Assembly: GCA_027923505.1 (NCBI GenBank)
Contig: BROI01000014.1
Coordinates: forward strand, 1 to 64,000
DNA length: 64,000 nt
From: Mayamaea pseudoterrestris
Taxonomy: Eukaryota
Direction: 5' to 3'
Shown: positions 44,598-55,726 of the stretch, one piece after another
Numbering within the stretch: the first letter of the stretch is position 1
Layout: each line of letters opens with the position of its first letter
Translations under genes and position numbers: made by a program
The notes under the pieces: generated by a model
The model's input: only the letters and a program-made list of their open reading frames with translations
Told to the model about the DNA's origin: nothing
Database searches by the model: none

Positions 44598-46283
44598 TCA
44601 TCTGCCAGTGGGGCCTTTCTCAAATTCTTGTTCGATTTGCAAAACTTGTGTCAGCCCATCTTCCGACGCACCCAATCTCGGACCTTGCTCATCCTCGTCA
44701 ACGGCTTCGTCTGCTTCGGATCGTTGGAGTGGTGCATTAAACAAGCTAAAGTAGCTGCTCGTAGCCATGGCGATGACCAGCAACAAGACAACGTCACCTC
44801 GAATGTCACTCGCTGCCCACGGAACATTCGGTAGGAGCTGGTAGTCGCGCGTGCTGGCAAACTCGGCAACTGGCACTAGCAAGGCTGACACCAAATTGCC
44901 AAAAATTTGCTGCACACTCTCCACGGCTGTCTCGTCGCTCGGATATGTGACATCAACGGCCAATTCAGCGTTGATCGGCTGCACGGGGCCAGCTGCCATT
45001 CCCAGTCCCAATAGCGCGAGTATGAGGAGCACTGGCTCCTTGCCAATCGCATGCTCCGTCAAACCCAAAGGTATTACAAAGAAGGCTGTCATGCCCAAAC
45101 AGATCAAAGTAACCTTTTTGAATTCCTTCGTCTTGTCGACATAACCTCCAATGAGAATCCCTCCAATGAGAATTGCCATTTCAAATCCAGCCCCCGCCAA
45201 GTCAATGTGAAACTGATTCGTCATGCCGCCGCGTTCCAAGACTTCGTCAATAAACGCGCCAACAATGTTTGTGATGCTAATGCTGCAGACAAAAGCTGCG
45301 AGTGGTTGTTTGAAGCCAGGCGTGCTTAAAAACTTTTGAGCCGACTCTAAAAACGGCGGTTCCTTCTTTCCTTGAATCACCTTTTCAAGTTCACTCGTCG
45401 ATGGCGGCACTGGCGGCTTGGCTTGAAACTGCAGCAAGGTTCCAATGGTTGTAATTGTACAAAGGATTGCAATCAATCCAAAGTAGTTTTCAAGCCCACT
45501 CCTCGATTGCGCCATGGTGCCACCCACCAAGAATGCCGTGGCAATTCCAATTTGATTAAAGTTGAGCGCCACGGCCGTACTCGTCGCTCGCTCCGACGCG
45601 GCGAACCACTGCGCACTGAGCAGGGGCGGCGTGCATTGAAAGAAGGGCTGCGCCGCACCCACGAGAATCGTGCCAATCACGACAAAGGGATAACTCATCA
45701 AGTGCTCGGCACCTGGAATCATGGGTAGAAAACTGATACCACTGCGGAGCCAGCAGCCAACCATCATGACGACAGCGGCTCCCTGAATCGCCTTTTGTAG
45801 TCCAATTTTGGCTACCAAGTCTGTGACAAGGAAGCAAGTGGCAACATTGGTAAATAGAAAAATGTCAATGAGCGACGCTGCCGAATGTCCAGCAAAGGCA
45901 GTTTCGTATTGATCCGGCACTGCTGCCACGGAGAAGCAGATCCAATCCGACAGTAACGCTAGTATGGAGAGGTAGGCGAGTTGAACCCATCGTTGTGGAA
46001 AGACTTGAGGAATGACAGATCGATCAAACTTGGATGATGATGGCGATGATGAGCCATACAAGCGTAAATTGCTGTCTTTATGAACTCTTGATTGCATTAG
46101 TTGTGTTCCATGGTGGCGATGAGAAGACTGACGAAGGTGTTTGTATTCGTGATGTGAATCTATTTCATGCGCCAGCTGCTGCTTAGCAAGTGAAGGCAAT
46201 GCATGTCGGAAGGCAAGGCTGGTTCGTAGATTTGACGACAGTACAAGACTCAGCAGTATCAACTTTGAATGCGCTGACCACAT
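44598..46283 (-). CDS. MFS transporter, FLVCR/SLC49-like, with bipartite targeting signal
   Basis: RWVQLAYL, GAAQPF, LSAQWFAASERATST, NQIGIA and ELAVDVTYP; N-terminal SLA-FR. Confidence 0.82.
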   Translation of the reverse strand: MWSAHSKLILLSLVLSSNLRTSLAFRHALPSLAKQQLAHEIDSHHEYKHLRQSSHRHHGTQLMQSRVHKDSNLRLYGSSSPSSSKFDRSVIPQVFPQRWVQLAYLSILALLSDWICFSVAAVPDQYETAFAGHSAASLIDIFLFTNVATCFLVTDLVAKIGLQKAIQGAAVVMMVGCWLRSGISFLPMIPGAEHLMSYPFVVIGTILVGAAQPFFQCTPPLLSAQWFAASERATSTAVALNFNQIGIATAFLVGGTMAQSRSGLENYFGLIAILCTITTIGTLLQFQAKPPVPPSTSELEKVIQGKKEPPFLESAQKFLSTPGFKQPLAAFVCSISITNIVGAFIDEVLERGGMTNQFHIDLAGAGFEMAILIGGILIGGYVDKTKEFKKVTLICLGMTAFFVIPLGLTEHAIGKEPVLLILALLGLGMAAGPVQPINAELAVDVTYPSDETAVESVQQIFGNLVSALLVPVAEFASTRDYQLLPNVPWAASDIRGDVVLLLVIAMATSSYFSLFNAPLQRSEADEAVDEDEQGPRLGASEDGLTQVLQIEQEFEKGPTGR

Positions 46284-47156
46284 AGTTTACACAGTTGGGG
46301 TTAGTCTTGTTAAATGTTACCGTTGCTGTCAAACAAAGAGGAAATGCTGAGGTGAGTGCTGAGTGCTCGACATCATGACACCAAAAATCGTTCCATCGCA
46401 AAAAGCACGTATGATTCTTAGTACCTATAGATTTGAGACCTCTATATCTATCTGCAGTCTCTCTATCTACCGGTATACATATGTCGGTACTGTATTAGTG
46501 GTCTCCTTCAGCCGATGACAGCAGCAGAGCTGGTTGTTCGTTCGTTCCGACGAAGGGGTGAGTGTGATGCCGTCGGCAACAAACGTCACAAAAATCTTAC
46601 GGAACGTCACATTGTTACTCACACGAGAGTTTCTGGAACGACGCCAAATTTGTCAGGGGCATAGTTGGACGTGGCGAGGCTGGCGTGCGGCCGAACATTC
46701 GATGATCTGCCAAAACTTCATTTCGAATCAAAATGAGATGAATAAAAAAAAATGAGACGCAGCTCGGATCAATTCCATGGCATTTGAACATTTGAATTAC
46801 TTGAAAGAAAGAGCAACAGAATAGACAAAGGAATCGATAACGTTTCAAGGCAAGAGAGCAACGGAAAAGGGACTTTACGTAAATATCAAGCAGCTCACTC
46901 TCTCACGGATTGTCGCGAGCAATCAATCGTGCAACCTGATCGTTTAAAAATTGCACATTATTTGCTTGTCATTGACAGCAAGCATCGTTTGGCTACAGAA
47001 TTGGAAACCTTGAGTTGATAGGCTTGCTGACAAACGTTACTTGTCTTAGCGATTGACAGCAGCCATTGCGTCCCTCGACCGCTCCAGCACCTGAAAGCGG
47101 AACAAGGAACAAAGCCTTTTTCACATACCAGACACGCCAGATTCATTCGTTGCGCC

Positions 47157-49480
47157 ATGACGAATCGAGCGGAGGAAGATTTGGAGTCAACCATGGCACT
47201 GCATCAAGGTATCATGCGTCCGACTGCAGTGGAAGCTGCAGCAGAATCGTCGTCGCCACGCCGAATCTACGTTCGCATTCAACGTTCCGACACAACTAAC
47301 GATGACTTTGACAATCTACAAGTCACTGTATCCGACTTGATGAATCGTGAGCGAGATATGCAGTCGGTTGCCAATGCCTACGAGGTGTCACATGAGCGAT
47401 GGAAGACGAGTCGGTTGTTTGACGAATACAGATTAGTGGTTCATGAACTTGGCAGCGACGATGACAACGTTGCAGTGACGTTGGATCCCATTTCTTTTTA
47501 CAAGGAACATCACTTGTGCGAACCATTCACTTGGACACACGAATTGACGCGCTTGATATCAGATTTCTACGAGACGGGGTTGCTGCAAGTGACGGAAGAA
47601 ATACATGCGTTGCAGCTGCTGCTGGCGCTGGAATACTTTGGAATCTTATATCGGCCTGAGCAACTGGTCTTTGCAAGCGTGCAGGCATACGAGTCTATCA
47701 AGGAGTGGAGCGATTACTTGGCGCAGCGATCATTCATGGCAGATTGGTGAGTGTTAGGAGTTGTAAATGTACGACGCCTGGCGCGTCATATTCGAAGAGT
47801 AGTGTTTGATTAATCGTATCACTCACGTCTTGTCTCTGCAGGATTGCCGAGCAGATTATACTGACGGCTGCAGGCGACAACATGAACTACTACTTTGCAA
47901 CCTCTAACCAAAATTCGGATCTGCCGGTGATTAACCATGAGCATTTACATTCGAGCGACCCCGACATTGTTTGGGCTTTTTTCAATGCACCAAACACTGG
48001 ATTGGAGATGCAGAGAGATTTTTGTCATTTTTTGGAGCATTCATCAACCACGGTGCAAGCAAAATTTATTTCAACGCAAGGGTGTGCGACAGCAGCCATC
48101 TTGCGCGTCCGACTAGTAGGGCCGCAGGCGACCTTGGAAGTGTCATCGATGCATGTGGAGGAGGACAGCTATGCTGGTTATGCAAAGACGGATACAGAGC
48201 TTGAGTATCAGGAATGCTCGTCGATTCCTCGTCATGTTGCGCATTTTGATGACGATCGGCATCAGATCTACAAGGATGTATCAGTGGAACGTAAAGCTAA
48301 CAACGAAATCGCAGCCGCCGATGACGACGGCCTTGACCGTTACAGCATGCAGAAACAACATTTGCTTATGAAAGAAACGCAACTAAAGAAGAAGGGTTTT
48401 GTAAATCGGCCGTGGCGCAGGGACGTGGAAAAGCCTTCTTTTGCGGTGCGCCCGCCTCGCAACAGCCAAGCCAGATCCGTTTACCCGGCACCAGTCGCAG
48501 TGATTCGAGCTCAGTCGTCAGAATTGACAGTGCAGAGTGGTTTGATGGGCCCTTGCTTTGTAAAAGGGTCGGAATTACGGGATGGGTACGTGAACAACAA
48601 CCAAGTCAGGGCAGAAGCTTTACGGCAGGAATGGATTCAAAGCAGCGTTTTGAATCGCGGTTTGTCGACTCGAATTCGTGCATTGCTCGATGAATCGTCG
48701 CATCAAGATCAAAGAATTATTGGTGAAAGTTATGAGGGGTTGACGAATATTAATAAAGACATTGTGATTGATGATGGTGACGATGATGATTATGATGATG
48801 ATGACGACGACGACCACGACGACGACTCAACAAACTCGAGTTCCGGTCCCAAGCGGCTCAATGGATTGGGATGGGACTGGATCGCCAACATTTGCGAATA
48901 TCCCGACAGGCTGATCAAGAATGATGGACAGCCATGTTCAAGTAACATTGCATTGGACAAAATTTTAGACAGTGTTGAAAAAGTGTTCGATTCGACTGGC
49001 AGAGCTGCGTGCGCAAATGCGCCGAAAGTCGCAGAGCCTGTCAAACAGCAATCACGTACCGGTACGCGCAAAGCAGCAATCGAGCAAGAGCAATCCCCGC
49101 AATTTGCAACTTTCATAAGTAATAAACTGGCTGATGGATCAGCGTCACCTTCGCGACGAGGCATGGAGGTCTCAGTCTCTAAGCACATCAAAGATTGCGC
49201 TCGTCGAAAAGTGAACGTTGACCCTACTTTTAATGAGGGGGAGCCAAAGTATGTCCCTCGGCGAACGAGGGTGTCACTTATATCCGGAGGCCAACGGCCA
49301 GTTACGAATGCTGTTGGAAAGCTGAACCACTCGTATTCTACACTCAACACAGTTATAACGTCGCGATCGGCCTCGCGGCCGATGGATGTTACAGTCAAAG
49401 AGAAATCAACCAGCAAACTATTTGCCGCCATTCGAGCGATCTTTCGAAAAAAGGAGAAGAAGAAACAATATCGCGTGTAG
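47157..49480 (+). CDS. Hypothetical protein, possible BTB-like N-terminal region, 2 exons (intron 47747-47841)
   Basis: Intron gtgagt...ctcac...tgcag joins ADW|IAEQII in frame with ORF 47882-49480; DFYETGLL and LEYFGI. Confidence 0.7.
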
Positions 49481-49588
49481 CTCATTTGCACATTACTAAT
49501 ACGTTCCTAAGTTGCATAACCAATTTCCAAATGATGCTTTACAGACTATTCTAGTAGTTAAAATTACAAACTCGCAGTTAGCGAAGCT

Positions 49589-52500
49589 TCAAACTTTTCG
49601 TCCCGTTCGCTTCGACTGCACCGCTGCGAGAGCATCCGTAAACGTCGATGCCCGACTGCTTTCCAGAATTTGTTGAGCTTCACCCCTCGTAGTCCAGACA
49701 ACCATTTCTGCAACGCTTACCCGTTGCAGATCAGCAAAGTTGCGAGTTGGGTCATGCTCGTAAATGAAGTTTCGCATAAAGTCAAGATCATCAGCTGCAA
49801 TACGATGCCTTGCTGAGTACAATTCAGTCAAGGCATCTTGTAAAACAATAATTTCCTCAAACAGCTGCCTCTCGTCGAGCTCATGAAGCAAGCCTTGCGA
49901 GGCGACAATCCAAGTTTCCGGTATAGAAATCTCGTTCCGTAAGCCCGTTAGCTTTGCGAGCGCCTGCAGACCGCCTGCGCGACACCGTGTGTGTGCCACC
50001 ATTAGGTATGTCATCAAAATACCATTTTGTATAAAATCTTGCTTTCGTTCAGATGCGACGAGGAGCGGATAGTGTTCGTTACTAAGTGGAATGCCATTGT
50101 ACTCGTCTATGAGATACAAGAAGAGCGGCGAATCATTGAAGATAGATACTAGCTCGTCAATTCTTCTCTTCACAACCATGAGGGTGGCGGCTGTTGGGTT
50201 GTTTCTACAAAGCTCCACGTGATGGGAAGCGAGCAGAGCAAGTTGAGTCTCTATTTCAGCAAAATCTTCCCGCTGCAACCCTAGAGCTGTCCAGATTGCC
50301 CCCGACAACAGACTCGGCACTTCCGATGCGCTGCCATTTTTCGAACACAAGCCTTTGACTCGAGAAGTCAAAAGTACCGCCTGTGAAAGTCGAAGGAATG
50401 CAGCCACAAGTGCTTGTGACTTTTCAATTATCGTAGTGCAGCTCTCCTGTTCCTTTAGATTGTATGGTAAAAGGATTGTTGAGCACGGAAAATGCAGATT
50501 TGGCTCTCGCCATGGCTGGTTTTGTAGCATGCGCCGCATCAATTGAGTCGTCGAAAAATACAGGCGCTCAAGTAGGGCAAAATCCCAGCTCATGACGGTT
50601 GTCGTCCTTCGCTCCAAATCTTCACGCTCGATCGCTTCCAATGCCTTTCCAATTAAGCGACGCTCAATCGCAGCAGCCTCCAGCCGATGCTTCGCTTCAA
50701 ATTTCAGCACTTTTGGTCTGTCAACGGCGAAAAATGGGTGGGCCATTGTTTCGTGGAGCTCCAAATTACTTCGCTTTTCCGCACCGCAGAGAAGATGCAA
50801 AAGCAAATCTTGGGCAGCAATATCCGTTATATGCTTATAAATTAAAGCCTGAGCCGATTCCAAATTCCAGGTGCACACCTGATCATATTCAAAGACCTGG
50901 CATGCGTGCCCATCGTATGGGAAAAGCGGCCGACCAGCGCAAAGTTCAAACAGTAGCAGACCGAATGACCAAAGGTCTGTGCTTGTTGATGCCGGTACAA
51001 GCTTGTACGGAAGCTTGGGGAGTGTGACGGCAGCAGCACCTGCTGGTTGGACAAAATGGCATTTAACAACGTATGCCTCACCACTCTGAATGTTGTACTT
51101 TGGTGCTATTACAAATGGCGGAATGGGCACCGCAAGCGTTTCCTGAACTTCTCGCCAGTACGATTGGTATAATTTCAAGTCAGAATTAGACAGCTTGATA
51201 AACATTTCAGGTGGTAGAGTACAAGACGTAAACAGATGAAATCCTTGCGTCGAAACGCCTCCCAGATATGATTGTTTCTGCGTCATTAAGGCAGCCTGCG
51301 AAAAGTCAGAGAGCAACCATGCATTGTCCCAGTCGCCGCTGGCTCTTCGCACGGCAGATAGAGTTATCGAAGATGGTACCAACGATGCATTCACGACATG
51401 GTGTGCGTGTAAATTTTGCAAGGCCTCCGCAACATCAGTCGCAACATTCCTTGCAAGTACAGCACAAGATCCACGACGCGATAAATAACTTGCGATGCTC
51501 CCTTGATAAGCATCCGCATACACCAAGGCATATGGGTAATCTGCCAGGTCTATACACTCCATTGTGATTGGAGACAAATCAAGAGTTCGAAAGCGCGGGT
51601 CCTCGACATGGATTCGGTACATTCGATCGTCCTTCGTTGTTGGATTTTGTCCATTGTAACAGTGCTCAATAGGAATGATAAAACTTGACCCCGAGTTGTG
51701 GTCCGGACCAATTCGTATCCCTGCTTGTCGTCTACATTCAGTCTCGTTGTAATATATCTCCGAAACTTTGGTGAATTTTATAAGAACGAGTCGTTTCGCC
51801 GGGCGGAATGTCAAGCCCACATCGGCGGGGACTTCTCCAGATGTCCAAATAGTCGCTTCGGATATACCGGGTTTGGCAGCGTCCGTGGCAGTTTCAGTTG
51901 TAAAGGTCCACTCGTAAGCTCGAACGACCAAGGAGCTGTCATCAAAGTCTCGCTTCACAAGTATATCTTTGATGCCGGAGAAATCAAAGCGACCAAGAAA
52001 GTGACACCGCTTGTGCAAAAGCTCTCTGCACTTTGGATTGGAAGCATCGCGATATGTGAGCTTACCTCGGCCGCGAACTGTCTCTTCCAAATCTGGCGTA
52101 TTGGAATCAATGTAGTTTGTTGCGTAGGATGGTACTTGAAGCGACATTAGTTCCTGCACAAACGGAAATTCGACTTGATCAATTATATCATTCACCTGCT
52201 TGGCATACGTGTCGCTTGGATTCCTGGCGTTGCGATAGAGCGCAAAGAAAGTCCACAGCCTCATTGCGACTTCACTCGCCCATAAAGGCAAAGAAGCGAA
52301 TCCAATTCCTTCGACACTCGACGGCTCAGGATTGTTGTAAGCATTCGACACCCCGTCATCGCTCTTCTTCTCTTCCTCTGCAACCTGCTCATTAGCTTTA
52401 ATTTTGATCTGCATTTCGCATGACTCGACCGTCAAATTAAACGAGGGTTCCAGCGCCGACTCGTAACACGAAGTGTTGGAATTTTTTGACCCTTCAACCA

Positions 52501-55378
52501 AACCCACTTCCGTGTAAGAAGTGTTCATAGAAGGAGCATTGGTCTGGTTTTCGGTAATGGAATCCCCAGAGTATCCTATCGACTCTATTTCCTCTTCGGA
52601 ACTTTCGTCGCCGGAGAAATAAGACTCGTCCTCGTCAACCAGTTCTGTGTTGACCGCCGCTGTGTCGTATCCCAAAGAAAGGTCATTGTCGTCATACTGC
52701 GAAAAGCCGGCTCTCGATCGTCCGTCTCGTGAGCAAGTGCTCTCCATCTCCTTCGATCCGGCAAGGGACAATGGTTTCACAGTCTTGCTGCGTGTTCGAT
52801 GCTTCGAGGCAATGCAAACAGCGCCTGCTGCATTTCGCCGATTACTCGAGATTGAAGGAGCAACAAGATTCGACAGTGTGTGTGTCAACTCTAGTTCCGG
52901 CAAAGCGTCATCCATGGTCTGACTCAGCTGTAAGTGCCGACTGCCTTCACCACGCACTTCCTCAACAATCAACAACACGCATTGCGATAGGAGCTCCTCG
53001 TCATGTCGATGGGAATCCAAGCAAGGTCCAAAGGCGAATAGCAACTCTTTAATCAATTGCCATTCCTCCAGCGAGCCACGCCAGCTTGTTCGGTGAATAT
53101 CGTGTAAGTCCAAGCAGCTATATGAGTGAACAGGATGAGTCGTAAAGGTAGCTGCCGCCTCTGGGTATAGTTGCAACATGCGCAGCATGATTGGATAGGT
53201 CGTAGCTTGAAACAAAACCGCTAGATGCAGCGGCAGCATTCCAAATTGTGCATCAGCCACCTTGAGTTTAGCGGGTTCCACCAAGAGTGGTTCTAGCAAG
53301 ACGGCCAGCTTTTGCCTCGTCGCTTCGAGCAAATCTTGCTCCGCCCTCGTACATTGCTGAAAGTCACTCAGTGCAATATGCAGGAGTTGTTCGTTCACAA
53401 GCGCATGCACCGGTAAATTTCCATTGGAGAGTTGCAGCAAGGCCGACTGCGGATAACGATGTAATATACACTCAATCACTTCCTGTGGCGCTTGCTGCTG
53501 ACAAGCGTAGTGCAAGGGATAGTATCCATTGGCGTCCTCCATTTTTAGCGCTAATCGTCCATCCATGACAGTTCCATGTTTGCTCACATTCATGGATTGC
53601 AGCAGCAACTCCATGACAGCTTTGGACTGTTGAGGTGCAGTGTACTCCAGTGACAGCGCGCAATGCAACGGCACTTGCACCAATTCCTCCGTCGCATGCA
53701 ACAAAGCGGTGGGATGAGCATCAAATAATGTTTGAACAATATGCGCTGGCGCGGCGACTTGCAGCGCAATGTGAATGGGTAAACGTCCGTCGTCATCCTC
53801 CAGTGTAGCGACAATGTGATTCTGACTGGTTAGGTTGTTCGTTGGCGCCATACCGCCGTCATCCATCGCCGATGAACTGCCTCCAATCACCAATGTAGAT
53901 GGCGTCGAAGCGACCACATAATCGGGATGCTCCAAAAGCACCTTGACGCATTCCGACGGTACGTTGAACATTGGCGGACACTTGGTAACGACGCGTGACA
54001 ACGAAGATTCGATAACATTCGCCTCGTGCTCCTGCCTTCTTAGTTTCGCCGTGCAATCCAGCAGCACCATGAGCGGCGTCATGGAGCGAGCATCCTGCGT
54101 TGTCAGTTGATTTATATGATGATCAAGAATAGTCTTGACGACTGTTACTGCAAGTGCGGGTTGCTGTTGATTGTCGTCGTCATCGCCACTGCTGAAAACC
54201 TCGCGACTATTATTACTTCTGTCGTAGTAGTGACACGCCCAAAACTGCGCCGCCCAATGCAGCGGCGTTCGACCAAACGAATCCTTGGTGCGCGCCACCC
54301 GACTGCTCACCAACAGTTTTACAATCTGCTCGTCCAACTGCGTTTCATGCCAGGCGTGACTCTGCGGATCCATGCGTTCGCCACTGACATGTGTTGGAGT
54401 TGTTGATGCAGTAACGTCGTTGTTATCGCTTTTATTGTCAAAGTCTGGCAAGCATGGTAGATAGCCGGCACCCAGGTACCAATGCAGCGGCGTGCGATCG
54501 TACTTGTCGGTGCAGTGTTTCGTTTGCGGATCGGCTTGCAGCAGCAGTTGCAGCACGCTCACGTGGACCTTTCCCACTGTTGCATAGTGAATGGGAAAGC
54601 AACCGTGCTTCAAATCGGGAATGCGAGCAGCTGATAACGTAGTCATGGTAACTGTCGTCGTCGTCATGATGGTGTTGCTCGTTGCTGCAGCATGACGATT
54701 GTGATGATTGTGCGCCCTTGGCGTCGTTGACAATGGCGATTGCTCCGGCACTAGCACGCGCTGCTTCTTCCTGACAATGGTTCGCTCCGTGAAGTCTGTC
54801 AACTCTGTTACGAGTGCGTCATCCAATTCGTTCGTTGGAATTTTCGTCAAGAATGCTTGCAACACACTTAGATTGCGGCGTTGCTCCGCGTGATACCACA
54901 GCAAGTAGTGCAGCGGCGTTCGACCAAACGCATCGCCTTGCACCAACGCCGCGCGATGCGCCGCCACCAGTAGCAGCAGCACTTGATCCTGATGCTCCGT
55001 GGGAGGGTATCTGCACGCGTGATGCAACACGGTGCGTTGCTGCGCGTCTTTTTGCGCGAGCAAGTGCGGCGCCAATTGACAAATGGCGGCAATGAGTCTC
55101 ACGGGAGCCGCGTGGAGAACGGCTCGTTTGAGCAACGTGTAGTCCATTTCCTGAAACAGTGATTCCGTTGGAACGGCTGACGCTGCCAGTGGAGCTTCGA
55201 AATTTAGTTTCTTGTCGTTGAGTGATTCGTCCAAGATGCAGTGAGAGTCAATGTAATGAATGACTTGGTTCCACGAGACGTCCTTATGAAAGGCAGCGTC
55301 CATCATTTTCGAAAGCATTTTGGTGGGTTGCTTTTGATTCTTTTGTTGCTGCTGCTTGGAATGATGATTGGGAGCCAT
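49589..55378 (-). CDS. 1929-aa ankyrin-repeat protein with a degenerate protein-kinase domain
   Basis: Many GRTPLH/GxLPLH ankyrin motifs; kinase-like VLIKF, LSDFSQA, LPPEM, DLWSFGLLLFEL and HPFF. Confidence 0.85.
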   Translation of the reverse strand: MAPNHHSKQQQQKNQKQPTKMLSKMMDAAFHKDVSWNQVIHYIDSHCILDESLNDKKLNFEAPLAASAVPTESLFQEMDYTLLKRAVLHAAPVRLIAAICQLAPHLLAQKDAQQRTVLHHACRYPPTEHQDQVLLLLVAAHRAALVQGDAFGRTPLHYLLWYHAEQRRNLSVLQAFLTKIPTNELDDALVTELTDFTERTIVRKKQRVLVPEQSPLSTTPRAHNHHNRHAAATSNTIMTTTTVTMTTLSAARIPDLKHGCFPIHYATVGKVHVSVLQLLLQADPQTKHCTDKYDRTPLHWYLGAGYLPCLPDFDNKSDNNDVTASTTPTHVSGERMDPQSHAWHETQLDEQIVKLLVSSRVARTKDSFGRTPLHWAAQFWACHYYDRSNNSREVFSSGDDDDNQQQPALAVTVVKTILDHHINQLTTQDARSMTPLMVLLDCTAKLRRQEHEANVIESSLSRVVTKCPPMFNVPSECVKVLLEHPDYVVASTPSTLVIGGSSSAMDDGGMAPTNNLTSQNHIVATLEDDDGRLPIHIALQVAAPAHIVQTLFDAHPTALLHATEELVQVPLHCALSLEYTAPQQSKAVMELLLQSMNVSKHGTVMDGRLALKMEDANGYYPLHYACQQQAPQEVIECILHRYPQSALLQLSNGNLPVHALVNEQLLHIALSDFQQCTRAEQDLLEATRQKLAVLLEPLLVEPAKLKVADAQFGMLPLHLAVLFQATTYPIMLRMLQLYPEAAATFTTHPVHSYSCLDLHDIHRTSWRGSLEEWQLIKELLFAFGPCLDSHRHDEELLSQCVLLIVEEVRGEGSRHLQLSQTMDDALPELELTHTLSNLVAPSISSNRRNAAGAVCIASKHRTRSKTVKPLSLAGSKEMESTCSRDGRSRAGFSQYDDNDLSLGYDTAAVNTELVDEDESYFSGDESSEEEIESIGYSGDSITENQTNAPSMNTSYTEVGLVEGSKNSNTSCYESALEPSFNLTVESCEMQIKIKANEQVAEEEKKSDDGVSNAYNNPEPSSVEGIGFASLPLWASEVAMRLWTFFALYRNARNPSDTYAKQVNDIIDQVEFPFVQELMSLQVPSYATNYIDSNTPDLEETVRGRGKLTYRDASNPKCRELLHKRCHFLGRFDFSGIKDILVKRDFDDSSLVVRAYEWTFTTETATDAAKPGISEATIWTSGEVPADVGLTFRPAKRLVLIKFTKVSEIYYNETECRRQAGIRIGPDHNSGSSFIIPIEHCYNGQNPTTKDDRMYRIHVEDPRFRTLDLSPITMECIDLADYPYALVYADAYQGSIASYLSRRGSCAVLARNVATDVAEALQNLHAHHVVNASLVPSSITLSAVRRASGDWDNAWLLSDFSQAALMTQKQSYLGGVSTQGFHLFTSCTLPPEMFIKLSNSDLKLYQSYWREVQETLAVPIPPFVIAPKYNIQSGEAYVVKCHFVQPAGAAAVTLPKLPYKLVPASTSTDLWSFGLLLFELCAGRPLFPYDGHACQVFEYDQVCTWNLESAQALIYKHITDIAAQDLLLHLLCGAEKRSNLELHETMAHPFFAVDRPKVLKFEAKHRLEAAAIERRLIGKALEAIEREDLERRTTTVMSWDFALLERLYFSTTQLMRRMLQNQPWREPNLHFPCSTILLPYNLKEQESCTTIIEKSQALVAAFLRLSQAVLLTSRVKGLCSKNGSASEVPSLLSGAIWTALGLQREDFAEIETQLALLASHHVELCRNNPTAATLMVVKRRIDELVSIFNDSPLFLYLIDEYNGIPLSNEHYPLLVASERKQDFIQNGILMTYLMVAHTRCRAGGLQALAKLTGLRNEISIPETWIVASQGLLHELDERQLFEEIIVLQDALTELYSARHRIAADDLDFMRNFIYEHDPTRNFADLQRVSVAEMVVWTTRGEAQQILESSRASTFTDALAAVQSKRTGRKV

Positions 55379-55653
55379 GATGCTTGATGTTTGGTATATT
55401 GGCGTTGAGTGAGTGCTGATGGCCGAGTGGAGGATTGACAGGACCGTATTTGCACTATCAATTCGTGTACCGTATAGTCACTTCGTTTATTGTTATGATA
55501 CAATGTAAACGATTGATCAATCGTGAAAACGTTGCTATGTATTTGTAGCTAATTGCTTGATCTCTCTCGACTCGCGCGTCTGCTCAGCTTGAGATGATCG
55601 TCCATGGTCAAGATCAAAAACCAACCGCCGCGAAAACACGTGGGCACTTAAAT

Positions 55654-55726
55654 GTGACGTAGTATTCATTGCCGCTCCGACTTTTCCAAATTGCGACGTA
55701 GTATTCATTACCGCTACGTCCTTTTC
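55654..55726. repeat. Imperfect direct repeat, period 39 bp (gacgtagtattcatt.ccgct)
   Basis: Cores at 55656 and 55695. Confidence 0.85.
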
